64,000 nt of DNA from Bryobacteraceae bacterium. GTDB lineage: Bacteria > Acidobacteriota > Terriglobia > Bryobacterales > Bryobacteraceae. The stretch is taken from the NCBI GenBank assembly GCA_035297145.1, contig DATGZN010000030.1, forward strand, positions 6,881-70,880, given 5' to 3'. The stretch's first letter is position 1. The number at the start of each line of letters is the position of its first letter. Below are positions 23,509 to 33,690 of the stretch, piece by piece. The notes under the pieces were generated by a model. The model did no database searches. It saw only the letters and a program-made list of their open reading frames with translations, and had not been told where the DNA came from. A program made the position numbers and the translations under genes.

Positions 23509-25413
23509 GTGAATCTCTGCGCGGCTGCTTTCCCGTGGAACCCTAGTCCAGCCGGCAAGTGGAGGGGTTTGTCCGCCGCCGAGGCAAACGGGCAGAAGCG
23601 GGCTTATGCGGCTGCTCACTGCCTCTACACCAACGGGCGACTCAGCGCCGCTGAGGCCGCGCTCCGGCGAATCCTGGTCCTCCACCCAAAGGATTTCGAC
23701 GCGCTTTTGCTTCTTGCGGCGATTCACTGCGGGAAAGATCAGGCGAAACGCGCCGAAATCCTGTCGCGCCGGGCGGTCGCCTCGAAGCCGAGTTCTCCCA
23801 TCGCGCAGCACCGCCTCGGCGTCGCATTCCAGAAGCAAAAGTGCTACGAGAAGGCGGCGAGGTGCTTTCGCCGGGCGCTCGCGCTTGATCCGTGCTTCGC
23901 CGAGGCCCACCTTGATCTCGGGCATGCGCTTTACGAACAGGGGCACCTCGACCAGGCCGTAAAGAGCTTCCACCGCGCGCTCGCAATCAATCCTGCGGTG
24001 GCCCAAGCCCACTACCGTCTGGGCAACGCGTTCTGGAATCAGGGACAGATCGCAGCGGCGATGGAGTGTTACCGCCGCGCCATCGCTCTCAAACCCGATT
24101 ATGCGGCCGCCCTCAGCAATCTCGCTTTCACGATGAACTACGACGCCGAAGCGAGCCGCTCGGACATCTACGCAGCGCATCGTGCCCGGGCCGCAGTGTT
24201 TCCGCCACTTGAGGTTTTCGGCCGCACCTATCCGAACGACCGCAGGCCTGAGCGGCGTTTGCGAATCGGCTACGTCTCGGGCGACTTCTGCGAACACTCC
24301 GTCAGCTATTTCTTCGAGCCGCTCGTTGCGTCGCACAACCACTCTGAAGTCGAGGTGTTCGCTTACAGCTCGCTCAACCAGGCCGAAGAGGACGAGACCA
24401 CTGCCCGGCTGCGGTCGCTTGCAGATCGCTGGATTTCCATCTGCCGCTGTGACGACCAGCATGCCGCGGAGCAAATTCACGCGGATCGTATCGATATCCT
24501 GGTCGACCTCGGAGGCTACACGACGCGAAGCCGCCTCGCTATCTTCGCTCTGAAGCCTGCGCCGGTGCAGGTCGCGTGGCTGGGATATCTCAACACCACT
24601 GGGCTTCGGGCGATGGACTATCGCATCACCGATGAGATCGCCGATCCGGCGGGAGAGACGGATCAGTTCAATAGTGAGACGCTAGTCCGTCTGCGGCCGC
24701 CCTTCCTCTGCTATCGTCCGTTCGATCACGCGCCACCGGTTTCCGCGCTGCCGGCGCACCGGGCAGGGCACGTGACGTTCGGCTCATTCAACGACCTTCC
24801 AAAGCTGACGCCGGGTGTCATCAAGCTGTGGGCAAGACTGTTGCACGCGGTCCGCGGCTCGCGCCTCATCATCAAGACGGAGCAGATGCGGGACGCCCCG
24901 ACCGCGGGCCAGTTGCGCAGCCGATTCGCCGATGAAGGTATAGCGCCCGAGCGGATTGACCTTCTGGCGTGGCGGGCTAGGACCGTACATCACCTTGCGC
25001 GCTACGGACTTGTCGACGTCGCGCTTGATCCCTTCCCCTTCAACGGCGTGACCACGACGTGCGAGGCGCTATGGATGGGTGTGCCGGTGGTGACGCTGCT
25101 CGGCGACCGGCCCTATGCCCGTGTCGGCGCGAGCTTACTCGCCTCGGTCGGGCTTCAGGAGTTTGTCGCGGAAGACCCGGAATCCTATGTGGAAACGGCC
25201 GCCAGCCTCGCGGACGATCTTTCCCGTCTGACGGAATTGCGGCTCGGATTGCGCGATCGGATGCGTGCGTCACCACTTTGTGACGGAGCGGGGTTCGCTC
25301 GCACCATAGAGCAGGCCTATCGCCGCATGTGGCAAAACTGGTGCGCGCAACGGCCGTCGCCCGACGAAAAACTCGGGGACAGTTCCACTCAAGGCGGACA
25401 TTGTCAAAGATAG
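23509..25413 (+). CDS. TPR-repeat protein fused to a GT41 (O-GlcNAc-transferase/SPINDLY-like) glycosyltransferase domain.
   Basis: Five to six TPR units (e.g. AHLDLGHALYEQGHLDQAVKSFHRALAINP). The C-terminal RIGYVSGDFCEHSVSYFFEPL... and DILVDLGGYT... are typical of bacterial GT41 domains. GTG start 20 nt after the peptide stop (start uncertain). Confidence 0.8.
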   Translation: MNLCAAAFPWNPSPAGKWRGLSAAEANGQKRAYAAAHCLYTNGRLSAAEAALRRILVLHPKDFDALLLLAAIHCGKDQAKRAEILSRRAVASKPSSPIAQHRLGVAFQKQKCYEKAARCFRRALALDPCFAEAHLDLGHALYEQGHLDQAVKSFHRALAINPAVAQAHYRLGNAFWNQGQIAAAMECYRRAIALKPDYAAALSNLAFTMNYDAEASRSDIYAAHRARAAVFPPLEVFGRTYPNDRRPERRLRIGYVSGDFCEHSVSYFFEPLVASHNHSEVEVFAYSSLNQAEEDETTARLRSLADRWISICRCDDQHAAEQIHADRIDILVDLGGYTTRSRLAIFALKPAPVQVAWLGYLNTTGLRAMDYRITDEIADPAGETDQFNSETLVRLRPPFLCYRPFDHAPPVSALPAHRAGHVTFGSFNDLPKLTPGVIKLWARLLHAVRGSRLIIKTEQMRDAPTAGQLRSRFADEGIAPERIDLLAWRARTVHHLARYGLVDVALDPFPFNGVTTTCEALWMGVPVVTLLGDRPYARVGASLLASVGLQEFVAEDPESYVETAASLADDLSRLTELRLGLRDRMRASPLCDGAGFARTIEQAYRRMWQNWCAQRPSPDEKLGDSSTQGGHCQR

Positions 25414-25494
25414 TCTCCGTCCATTTTTCAACCGGACAACGCTTGGGATGGAACTCCCGCCGCGTAGTATTCGTAATTCACCAGGAGGTGAAGT

Positions 25495-27927
25495 GTGGAA
25501 ACACTTGGGAATGACCTTCGATACGCTTTCCGCGCCCTGGCCCGCGACCGCGGTTTTGCCATCGTCGCTATCCTGACTCTGGCGCTGGGCATCGGCGCTA
25601 ATACTGCCATCTTCTCCATCGTCAATAGCGTGCTACTGCGCCCGCTGGCCTACCGCGAGCCGGGACAGCTCGTGACCATCCGTGAGGTGGTTCCGTCGCT
25701 GAGTCATATCTACCCCACTCTTCCAGTCAACGCGTTGCATTTCGACGCGTGGCGCAAGCAATGCGCATCATTCGAATCGCTGGCCGAGATTGGATCGGGC
25801 ACGCTCGACCTCACGGGCGCTGGTGAGCCCGTGCAACTTCACGCTGCTCTCGTTTCGGCGACTCTGTTCCACGTCCTCGGTGTCGAGCCCCGAATGGGCC
25901 GCAGTTTCCTCGAGGAGGAAGACCAGCCGGGACACGATCAATCCGTGGTTCTGACCGATTCCCTCTGGCGGAACCGCCTTGGCGCGGACCCATCCATTGT
26001 CGGCAAGAAAATCCGCCTCGACGGCCTTCCCCACACGGTGGTGGGTGTGCTGCCTGCCTGGTTTCGATTTCCTCGTACCGAAACGCTGGGAGCATCTGGC
26101 GCTTTGGACGTACCGGCCGACATTTTCAAACCAATTGCCATTAACTTGAAGGACACTTCGCCCGAGGGCGAGTTCAACTACAACGTGATCGCTCGCTTGA
26201 AGCACGGAGCCACCGAGGCACGGGCATTGGCGGAACTCAACGTCGTGCAGGCCGGCATCGCCAAGAAGCTTCCTGAGAAGTTGGAATTGAAGGCCAAGCT
26301 GGAGCCGCTCGAAGAGGTCGTAGTGGGACCGGCGCGTCAAGGCCTGCTGGTTCTACTCAGTGCGGTTGGCGCCGTGCTGCTTATTGTTTGCGTGAATCTG
26401 GCTAATCTCCTGCTGGCACGGAGCGCCGGTCGCGCGCGCGAGTCCGCTATCCGGACCGCTTTGGGCGCGAGCCGTGCGCGGCTGCTGCGACAGGCCTTGA
26501 CCGAGAGCCTTCTGCTCGCGATCGCTGGTGGTGCGCTGGGAGTAGTCCTCGCCTATTGGGGTCTGGAATTGCTGGTAAAGGGAGCACCTTTAGATTTACC
26601 GCGTCTGGATGAAGTGCATTTGGATGGACGGGTGCTCACCTTTGCGCTCTTGATTTCGACAATAACTGGGCTGCTCTTCGGCATCCTTCCTGCTTGGCGG
26701 CTTTCGGGGGCGTCGCCACAGGACGCCCTGAAGGCGGGCAGCCACACCACCACCGAAGGAACTCGTGGTACGAGATTACGTGGGTTGCTGGTGAGCCTGG
26801 AGGTCGGCTTGAGCGCCGTACTCCTGATTGCCGCTGGTCTGCTCACCACAAGCTTTGTCCGCCTTATGCAAGTCGATAAAGGCTTCACGACGGAAAGCGT
26901 GCTCGCCGTGGATGTGGCGCTGCCCGACTCCAAGTACGACAAGCAGGAGCAACGTGAGCAGTTCTACCAGCGCGCCGTCGCCGGTGTGGAATCACTCCCC
27001 GGCGTCCGTTCCGCGGCGGTCATCAATCAGCTGCCGCTCCAAGGGGAAATGTGGGTGGATATCGTCTGGCTGCCTGGCGACAACCGGCCCATGTTCGAGC
27101 GGCCGTTCGCCAACATGCGGTTCATCAGCCCGGGTTATTTCAAAACTCTCGGCATCCCTCTGCGTCGCGGACGAACGTTCGAACAGACCGACCGCGGCAA
27201 GAAGATGGCGATCATTTCGCAACGGGCGGCTGAGCGGCTGTGGCCCGGACAGGATCCTGTCGGGAGGCAGTTTGGCCACAACGAGAACGAAATGTACCAG
27301 GTGGCCGGAGTTGCCGCTGATGTGCGCGTAAGCTTGCACCAGGATCCGGTCCTCATGGTTTACCTGCCGTACTGGGATCGCGCCCGGTCCAATGCATCCT
27401 TGGTCGTGCGAACGGCAATGGATTCGCGCGCTATCGCCGCGGCCGTGCGCGCCGAGATCTGGAAGATCGACCCCGAGGTGCCGGTTCCCGCCATGCGCAC
27501 CATGGACCAGGTGGTGTCCGATTCTGTTGGGCAACGGCGCTTCCAGATGTCGCTGCTGGCGTCTTTTGCCGCGGGCGCGTTGCTTCTGGCGAGTCTCGGA
27601 ATCTACGGTGTGGTGTCGTATTCGGTATCGCGCCGCCGCAACGAAATCGGCATTCGTATAGCTCTGGGTGCGCGCGGAGGCGACGTCTACCGCATGGTCC
27701 TCCGCCAGGGATTGGCGCCGGTTGCGCTGGGCCTGATTGCCGGAGTCGCCGTTGCACTAGCGGCCGGCCGGATTTTGAGCAGCCTCCTATTCCAAGTGAG
27801 CCCTACCGATCCGTTCACGATTGGCGCCGTCACGATACTGCTAGCCGCAGTCGCCGTGGTTGCCTGCTCGGTTCCCGCGGTGCGCGCCATGCGCGTGGAG
27901 CCGATGAAGGCTCTGCGGTACGAATAA
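25495..27927 (+). CDS. ADOP-family (MacB/FtsX-like, duplicated) permease.
   Basis: N-terminal DLRYAFRALARDRGFAIVAILTLALGIGANTAIFS. Two FtsX-type 4-TM modules separated by a large periplasmic domain. C-terminal EPMKALRYE. GGAGGTG SD and GTG start. Confidence 0.85.
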   Translation: METLGNDLRYAFRALARDRGFAIVAILTLALGIGANTAIFSIVNSVLLRPLAYREPGQLVTIREVVPSLSHIYPTLPVNALHFDAWRKQCASFESLAEIGSGTLDLTGAGEPVQLHAALVSATLFHVLGVEPRMGRSFLEEEDQPGHDQSVVLTDSLWRNRLGADPSIVGKKIRLDGLPHTVVGVLPAWFRFPRTETLGASGALDVPADIFKPIAINLKDTSPEGEFNYNVIARLKHGATEARALAELNVVQAGIAKKLPEKLELKAKLEPLEEVVVGPARQGLLVLLSAVGAVLLIVCVNLANLLLARSAGRARESAIRTALGASRARLLRQALTESLLLAIAGGALGVVLAYWGLELLVKGAPLDLPRLDEVHLDGRVLTFALLISTITGLLFGILPAWRLSGASPQDALKAGSHTTTEGTRGTRLRGLLVSLEVGLSAVLLIAAGLLTTSFVRLMQVDKGFTTESVLAVDVALPDSKYDKQEQREQFYQRAVAGVESLPGVRSAAVINQLPLQGEMWVDIVWLPGDNRPMFERPFANMRFISPGYFKTLGIPLRRGRTFEQTDRGKKMAIISQRAAERLWPGQDPVGRQFGHNENEMYQVAGVAADVRVSLHQDPVLMVYLPYWDRARSNASLVVRTAMDSRAIAAAVRAEIWKIDPEVPVPAMRTMDQVVSDSVGQRRFQMSLLASFAAGALLLASLGIYGVVSYSVSRRRNEIGIRIALGARGGDVYRMVLRQGLAPVALGLIAGVAVALAAGRILSSLLFQVSPTDPFTIGAVTILLAAVAVVACSVPAVRAMRVEPMKALRYE

Positions 27928-28002
27928 TTGCCTCCTTTTCCCTGAACGAAACGTATTGTCTTTTGGCACCACTAATTCTAGGGAACTGCGCGGGGCGAAA
28001 GT

Positions 28003-30459
28003 ATGTTTCAAGACCTGGCCTTTGGACTCAAACTGCTGTGGAAAAATAAGGCGTTCACGCTGGCGGCGCTGGTGACCCTGGCGCTCTGCATTGGCGCAAA
28101 TACCTCCATCTTTACGGTTCTCGATGGTGTGCTCCTGCGCGGTCTGCCCTTTCCCGAGCCCGACCGCCTGGTCACCATGTACAACCTCTACCCGGGCGTC
28201 GGGGTTACCGATCATGGCTCGAACTCCGTCCCGAATTATCTCGACCGCCGCAAGCTGACCGGCGTCTTCTCGGAAGTCGCGCTCATCGGTGACGATGGCT
28301 ATGACGTGGGTCTGGCCAATACACCACAGCGCATCCACGGCCTGTATGTCACCCCCTCTTACTTCCGGATCCTGGCAGTCCAGCCGATTCTTGGGCGGAT
28401 TTTCACCGAAGAAGAAGCGACTCAAGGCAAAGACAACGTGGCGATCCTTAGCGAAGGCCTGTGGAAGGATATGTTCGGGCGCGATCGCAACGTGCTTGGC
28501 CGGGACATTCGTCTGAGTGGCGTGCCGCATCGGATTATAGGCGTTTTGCCGGAACGGTTTGCGTCTCTCGGCGGAGAGCCTCCTCGCATCTGGCTGCCAT
28601 TCGCCTTCACGCCCGACCAGACCTCCGATGACGCGCGCCACAACAACAACTGGGGGATGATCGCCAGACTACGGCCGGGCGTAACTGTCGCGCGCGCCCA
28701 GGAGCGAATCAACGCCCTGAACAGGCAGGACCTGGATCGCTTTCCGCAATACAAGGCGCTGCTGATAAGTGCCAAATTCCAGACGAGAGTGATCGGCTTG
28801 CAGGATGAGCTGGTGCGCGATGTGCGCCCTATCCTTTACCTTTTGCAGGCCGCAGTGGCGTTTGTACTGTTAATTGGCTGCGTCAATCTGGCCAACTTGA
28901 TGCTGGTTCGTTCGAACGTCCGCATGAAAGAGCTTGCCATCCGTTTCAGTCTGGGCGCCGGACGTTGGCGGATCGCGCGTCAGCTTCTGACGGAAAGCCT
29001 GACGCTGGCAGTGTTGGGCGGCGCGCTTGGCATCGCAGTTGGTATTGGCGGTGTGAAGCTGCTCGTCACGCTAGCCGCGGATAACCTGCCCCGCGCCGGC
29101 GACATCCATATTGATGGTGGTGTACTTGCATTTACGGCCGCCATGGCGGTGTTCACGGGGCTCGTATTTGGCAGTGTGCCCCTCATTCACGTAATGCGAA
29201 GTAATCTGAACGAGATATTCCGCGGCAATGAGCGCTCCGGCACCATGGGCCGCCACGCGATGTGGGTGCGCTCGGCGTTGGTTGTCTGCCAGGTGTCGCT
29301 CGCCTTCGTTCTCCTCATCGGCTCCGGCCTGCTCACGCTGAGCTTCGCCCGCCTGCTGACGGTCAGACCCGGCTTTCAATCGGAGAACGTGATCACCGCC
29401 CAGTTTTCACTGCCCGAAGCTCGATACAAAGACGATCCCGCAGTGCGGAACTTCGTCTCGTCGCTGCTGGAAAAGTTGCGCGCCACGCCTGGTGTGACGC
29501 ATGCCGGCGCTACCACGTATTTGCCATTCAGCGGCAACAATAATGCGAGCGTCATCTCAATCGACAGCTACCCGCTCGCGCCCGGCGAGAATCCGCCGGT
29601 ACCCGGCTGGAACACCGTGGACTCGGGTTATATCCCCACGATGAACATCCCGATCCTGGAGGGGCGCAACTTCACCGAGGGCGACGGGCCGGACTCGCAG
29701 AAAGTGGCTCTGATCGATCAGTTCCTTGCGCACAAGTATTGGCCGAACGGCGGCGCTATTGGCAATACTCTGCGCCGCGGCATCGACGACGGCGACAAAA
29801 ACGCGAAGAAAGAACCACATTTCACCATCGTCGGCGTAGTCGGCAGCGTGAAGACCGGCGACTTGGCGGAACAGAATCCGGTCGGGCAGGTCTACTTTTT
29901 CCATACACAGTGGCCGCATCGCGAAATGCACCTGGTGGTCAAAGCGACTCGCGACGATCCGCAGTTAATCAGTACAATCCGTCGCGAAATCCTCCAAGCC
30001 GACCCGGAGCTTCCGCTGTTTGACACCAAGACCATGCCCGAGCGCGTTTCCGCCTCGCTCGTGGACCGCCGCGCGCCGATGATTCTGTGCCTGATCTTCG
30101 GCGGTCTGGCGCTGTTGCTTTCCGCCATCGGCGTGTACGGCGTGCTGGCTTATTCCGTGACGCAGCGGACGCGTGAATTCGGCATCCGCATGGCGCTTGG
30201 CGCGGAAATGCGCGATGTCCTGGGCATGGTGCTCTGGCAAGGGCTTCGTCTGGCGGGCGTCGGCCTGATGATCGGCGCAGCCGTGGCATTTCTGCTCACG
30301 CGATTCATCGCCACCATGCTCTACGACGTCAAGCCCGCTGATCCCACGGTGTTCCTGCTCGGCGCGGCAGTGTTGGGCGCCGTCGCGGCTATTGCATCAC
30401 TCGTACCATCAGTGAGGGCGGTTCGCATCCGGCCGGCCGTGGCGCTGCGTTGGGAATAG
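28003..30459 (+). CDS. ADOP-family (MacB/FtsX-like, duplicated) permease.
   Basis: Same architecture as the previous gene. C-terminal RIRPAVALRWE. Confidence 0.85.
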   Translation: MFQDLAFGLKLLWKNKAFTLAALVTLALCIGANTSIFTVLDGVLLRGLPFPEPDRLVTMYNLYPGVGVTDHGSNSVPNYLDRRKLTGVFSEVALIGDDGYDVGLANTPQRIHGLYVTPSYFRILAVQPILGRIFTEEEATQGKDNVAILSEGLWKDMFGRDRNVLGRDIRLSGVPHRIIGVLPERFASLGGEPPRIWLPFAFTPDQTSDDARHNNNWGMIARLRPGVTVARAQERINALNRQDLDRFPQYKALLISAKFQTRVIGLQDELVRDVRPILYLLQAAVAFVLLIGCVNLANLMLVRSNVRMKELAIRFSLGAGRWRIARQLLTESLTLAVLGGALGIAVGIGGVKLLVTLAADNLPRAGDIHIDGGVLAFTAAMAVFTGLVFGSVPLIHVMRSNLNEIFRGNERSGTMGRHAMWVRSALVVCQVSLAFVLLIGSGLLTLSFARLLTVRPGFQSENVITAQFSLPEARYKDDPAVRNFVSSLLEKLRATPGVTHAGATTYLPFSGNNNASVISIDSYPLAPGENPPVPGWNTVDSGYIPTMNIPILEGRNFTEGDGPDSQKVALIDQFLAHKYWPNGGAIGNTLRRGIDDGDKNAKKEPHFTIVGVVGSVKTGDLAEQNPVGQVYFFHTQWPHREMHLVVKATRDDPQLISTIRREILQADPELPLFDTKTMPERVSASLVDRRAPMILCLIFGGLALLLSAIGVYGVLAYSVTQRTREFGIRMALGAEMRDVLGMVLWQGLRLAGVGLMIGAAVAFLLTRFIATMLYDVKPADPTVFLLGAAVLGAVAAIASLVPSVRAVRIRPAVALRWE

Positions 30460-30475
30460 GCGCGCTACTCCAACA

Positions 30476-31393
30476 TCACACCGGCTTGGCCAAGTCCCGG
30501 TGCGTTACCTTTGCCCGGTAACCGGCGTCAGCCAGGTTCTTGCGGATCTGGTCGGCCATCATCACCGAGCGGTGATGGCCGCCGGTGCAGCCGAACGCGA
30601 TGGTGAGATAACTCTTGCCCTCGCGAATGTAGTGGGGCAGCAGGTAGATGAGCAGGTCGGAGATGCGGTCGACGAACTCCACGGTTTGCGGGAACGAGCG
30701 GATGTAGCGCGCCACGCTGGGATGCCGGCCGGTGAGTTTCTTGAAGCGCGGGATGTAGTTGGGGTTGGGAAGAAACCGCACATCGAAGACAAGGTCGGCA
30801 TCGGGCGGTACGCCGTGACGGTAGCCGAAGCTGGTCACGTAGACCATGATCTTTTGCTCGTCGCGCTCACCGACAAACTTTTCGCGGATGAAATCGCGCA
30901 ACTCATGCACCGTAAACTTCGAAGTATTGATCGTCAAATCCGCCAACTTGCGAATGGGGCCGAGCAGCTTGCGCTCCTGCTGAATGCTCTTGCTGATGGA
31001 TTGATCGGTTCCCAGAGGGTGCGGACGGCGGGTCTCGCTGAAGCGGCGCACAATGGTGTCGTCGTCCGATTCCATGAAGAGCAGGCGCGTGGGAATCTCG
31101 CGGCGAATGCGTGCGTAAATCTCCGGGAAGCGCTTCAAACCCTGCCCCTCGCGGATATCCACTACTAACGCGGCGAAACGGATGGAGGCGGAATCGCGCG
31201 TGAGTTCCGCGAACTTGGGGATCAGGCCGATGGGCAGATTGTCGACGGAGTAATAGCCCAGGTCTTCGAATACCTTGAGCACGGAGCCTTTGCCCGAACC
31301 GCTCAGGCCCGTGATGATGACCAGTTCGGCGCTGGGCGCGGCGCCCTTGTCGCCTAAACGGCGCTGTGGCTGGTCCGGGCTAGGATGAGCCAT
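30476..31393 (-). CDS. rapZ: RNase adapter protein RapZ (P-loop NTPase).
   Basis: VIITGLSGSGKGSVLKVFEDLGYYSVDNLP, and AFGCTGGHHRSV near the C-terminus. Confidence 0.9.
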   Translation of the reverse strand: MAHPSPDQPQRRLGDKGAAPSAELVIITGLSGSGKGSVLKVFEDLGYYSVDNLPIGLIPKFAELTRDSASIRFAALVVDIREGQGLKRFPEIYARIRREIPTRLLFMESDDDTIVRRFSETRRPHPLGTDQSISKSIQQERKLLGPIRKLADLTINTSKFTVHELRDFIREKFVGERDEQKIMVYVTSFGYRHGVPPDADLVFDVRFLPNPNYIPRFKKLTGRHPSVARYIRSFPQTVEFVDRISDLLIYLLPHYIREGKSYLTIAFGCTGGHHRSVMMADQIRKNLADAGYRAKVTHRDLAKPV

Positions 31394-31399
31394 CCGGTG

Positions 31400-31942
31400 T
31401 CAGGCTTCCACCAGATCGAAATTGCCATCGCGGCGGCGCACGAGAACCGCCAGGCGGTCGGTCTCGGCGTCGCGATAGGCCAGATAGTCCCGGCCCTTTT
31501 CCATTTCGAGCAGCGCCTCATCCAGCGTCATAGGCTTGCGGCGCTCCTGGTGATTGATGCGAAAAATTTTCTTTTCTTCGGTTTCGCTGGAAAGCTCCGC
31601 CGGTGCCGGCGCAGTCTCGGCCTCCGCTACGGTTCTCCTTGGCGAGCGCTTTGTGTCCCGCCATTTGGCCCGAACCTTAATGGCCTGCTTTTCGAGCTTC
31701 TCGATGGCCGCGTGGATAGCCGTGAACAAGTCGGCATTCTCCCCTAAGCACACCAAGGGATGATTGTGGTAGTTGATCGTTATCTCGGCACGATGCAGGT
31801 GCCGCTCATGAGAGAGGACCACGTGGGCCTCTCGTTCGTCCTTCCCGTCGAGCAGTTTCCCAACCTTGTCCATCCGCGCTTTGATCTTCTGAAGCTGCGC
31901 GGGAGCCAGTTCCACTTGCCTGCCAGTGTATGTGATTCGCAT
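31400..31942 (-). CDS. hpf: Ribosome hibernation promoting factor (long form).
   Basis: MRITYTGRQVELAPAQ... sigma-54 modulation/S30EA pattern plus a C-terminal dimerisation domain (PMTLDEALLEME...FDLVE). Located in the rpoN-hpf-rapZ synteny. Confidence 0.85.
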   Translation of the reverse strand: MRITYTGRQVELAPAQLQKIKARMDKVGKLLDGKDEREAHVVLSHERHLHRAEITINYHNHPLVCLGENADLFTAIHAAIEKLEKQAIKVRAKWRDTKRSPRRTVAEAETAPAPAELSSETEEKKIFRINHQERRKPMTLDEALLEMEKGRDYLAYRDAETDRLAVLVRRRDGNFDLVEA

Positions 31943-31973
31943 GTGTGGACCTCCGGGGTCAACCGGGACCAGT

Positions 31974-33572
31974 CTAGTTCCGGATACGTCGTTGATGGGT
32001 GGAGGGGATTTTCATGTCTTCGCGGTACTTCGCCACCGTCCGGCGCGTTACCTGAATGCCCGAGGCTTGCAGCATCGCGGTGATCTGCTCGTCAGTGAGC
32101 GGATGGGCGCTATCCTCCTCTTCGATCATTTTCTTGACGCGGCGCTTCAGGAGCAGCAGCGGTGTACCGCTTCCCAAAGGCCCCTGGACGGCTTCGGAAA
32201 AGAAGTAACGCAGCTCGAACACTCCTTGCGGCGTGTGCACGTACTTGCCGGCAACGGCGCGGCTGACGGTGGAAGGATGCACGCCCACCTCCTCCGCCAC
32301 TTCCTTGATCATCATCGGCTTGAGAGAATCCAGGCCCTGCGCCAGAAACTCCATCTGCCGCCGTACAATGCTCTCGCAGACTTTCAGGATGGTCTGTTTC
32401 CGCTGTTCGATGTTCTTCATCAGCTGAATCGCCGATGTGTACCGCTCGCGCACGTAATCGCGTACGTCCTTGGTGGCGCCCTGGTCGCGGTCCAGCATCT
32501 TCCGGTATTGCGAATTCAGGCGAAGCTGCGGGATCTCCTCGTCGTTCATCTGGATGATCCAGTTGTCGCCGTCCTTGGTGATGTAAACGTCTGGTTCGAC
32601 CAGACGGGCGCCCGCCCCGGAGTACCGCAGGCCCGGACGCGGATTGAGGCGTTTGATCACCCGCACCGCGATCTCAATATGCTCCGGCGGCCGTGCCAAA
32701 ACCTTTGCCAACTCGCGCAACTGGCGGGTCTCAACCAGCCGGAGATGGTTAGCCACGATCTGCCACGCCACGCCGCCCTTGGCATTCCGGCTCTCCAATT
32801 GCAACAGAAGGCACTCGCGCAGATCGCGTGCGCCCACACCGGCTGGATCGAGCGATTGCACTGCTTTCAGCGCCGCTTCGATTTGCTCTTGCGTGTGCTC
32901 GCCCATGGCCGCGATTTCTTCGAGAGGCGCCGTTAAGTATCCGTCTTCATCCAAATTTCCGATCACGGTCTCCGCGGCATCCCGAGTTTCCTCGGACAGG
33001 ACGCTGACGCTCAATTGCGAGCGCAAGTGATCGCCTAGCGTCAGAGGGGCGGAGAGGAAAGTTTCGAAAGAGGGTTTCTCAACGGATTCGGCCGCGGGAC
33101 TTTTGTAGCCCGGATCCAGGTAGTCGTCGAAGAACGAGCCGAAGTCGATTTCGTCGAACGGATCCGTCGCCGCCGGAGCTTCCGGGGTTTCCGTGGCTTG
33201 CGGCAGTGCGGCATCCAGCAGAGTGACGCCATCCGCCGTCTCCTGCGGAAGGCTCGGCTCAAGCGCAATCTCAGCCGCGGCAATCTCCGCTATGCCGTCG
33301 GCAGTGCCATTTGTGCTCTCCAGGATCTGTTGATCGGCAGGCTCGATGCGTTCGGGAGCCTCCAGCAAGGGCTGCAACTCTTCTGGCGTGATCTCTTCCG
33401 CGCTATCTTCTGTGGCTTCTTCCAGGACGGGGTTGTTCACGATCTCCTGGTTGATCATCTCCTTCAATTCCAAACGGTTCAGCTGCAACACTGTCACCAT
33501 CTGGACAAGGCCGGGCGTGAGGATCTGCTTCTGCGCGACCTTCAGTTGTAGTCTGGGCGAAAGCAAACTCAT
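31974..33572 (-). CDS. rpoN: RNA polymerase sigma-54 factor.
   Basis: N-terminal LQLKVAQKQILTPGLVQMVTVLQL. C-terminal RpoN box ...TRRTVAKYRE. Confidence 0.95.
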   Translation of the reverse strand: MSLLSPRLQLKVAQKQILTPGLVQMVTVLQLNRLELKEMINQEIVNNPVLEEATEDSAEEITPEELQPLLEAPERIEPADQQILESTNGTADGIAEIAAAEIALEPSLPQETADGVTLLDAALPQATETPEAPAATDPFDEIDFGSFFDDYLDPGYKSPAAESVEKPSFETFLSAPLTLGDHLRSQLSVSVLSEETRDAAETVIGNLDEDGYLTAPLEEIAAMGEHTQEQIEAALKAVQSLDPAGVGARDLRECLLLQLESRNAKGGVAWQIVANHLRLVETRQLRELAKVLARPPEHIEIAVRVIKRLNPRPGLRYSGAGARLVEPDVYITKDGDNWIIQMNDEEIPQLRLNSQYRKMLDRDQGATKDVRDYVRERYTSAIQLMKNIEQRKQTILKVCESIVRRQMEFLAQGLDSLKPMMIKEVAEEVGVHPSTVSRAVAGKYVHTPQGVFELRYFFSEAVQGPLGSGTPLLLLKRRVKKMIEEEDSAHPLTDEQITAMLQASGIQVTRRTVAKYREDMKIPSTHQRRIRN

Positions 33573-33690
33573 TTCCGCCTCTTATGATAACAAAAGCACC
33601 AGCAAGTCCATTCGGCCCGCTGCGTGCTAAGGGCTACGCGCCAAGGGATACGTGCTAAGAGATACGTGCTAACAGATACGGAAAACGCGT

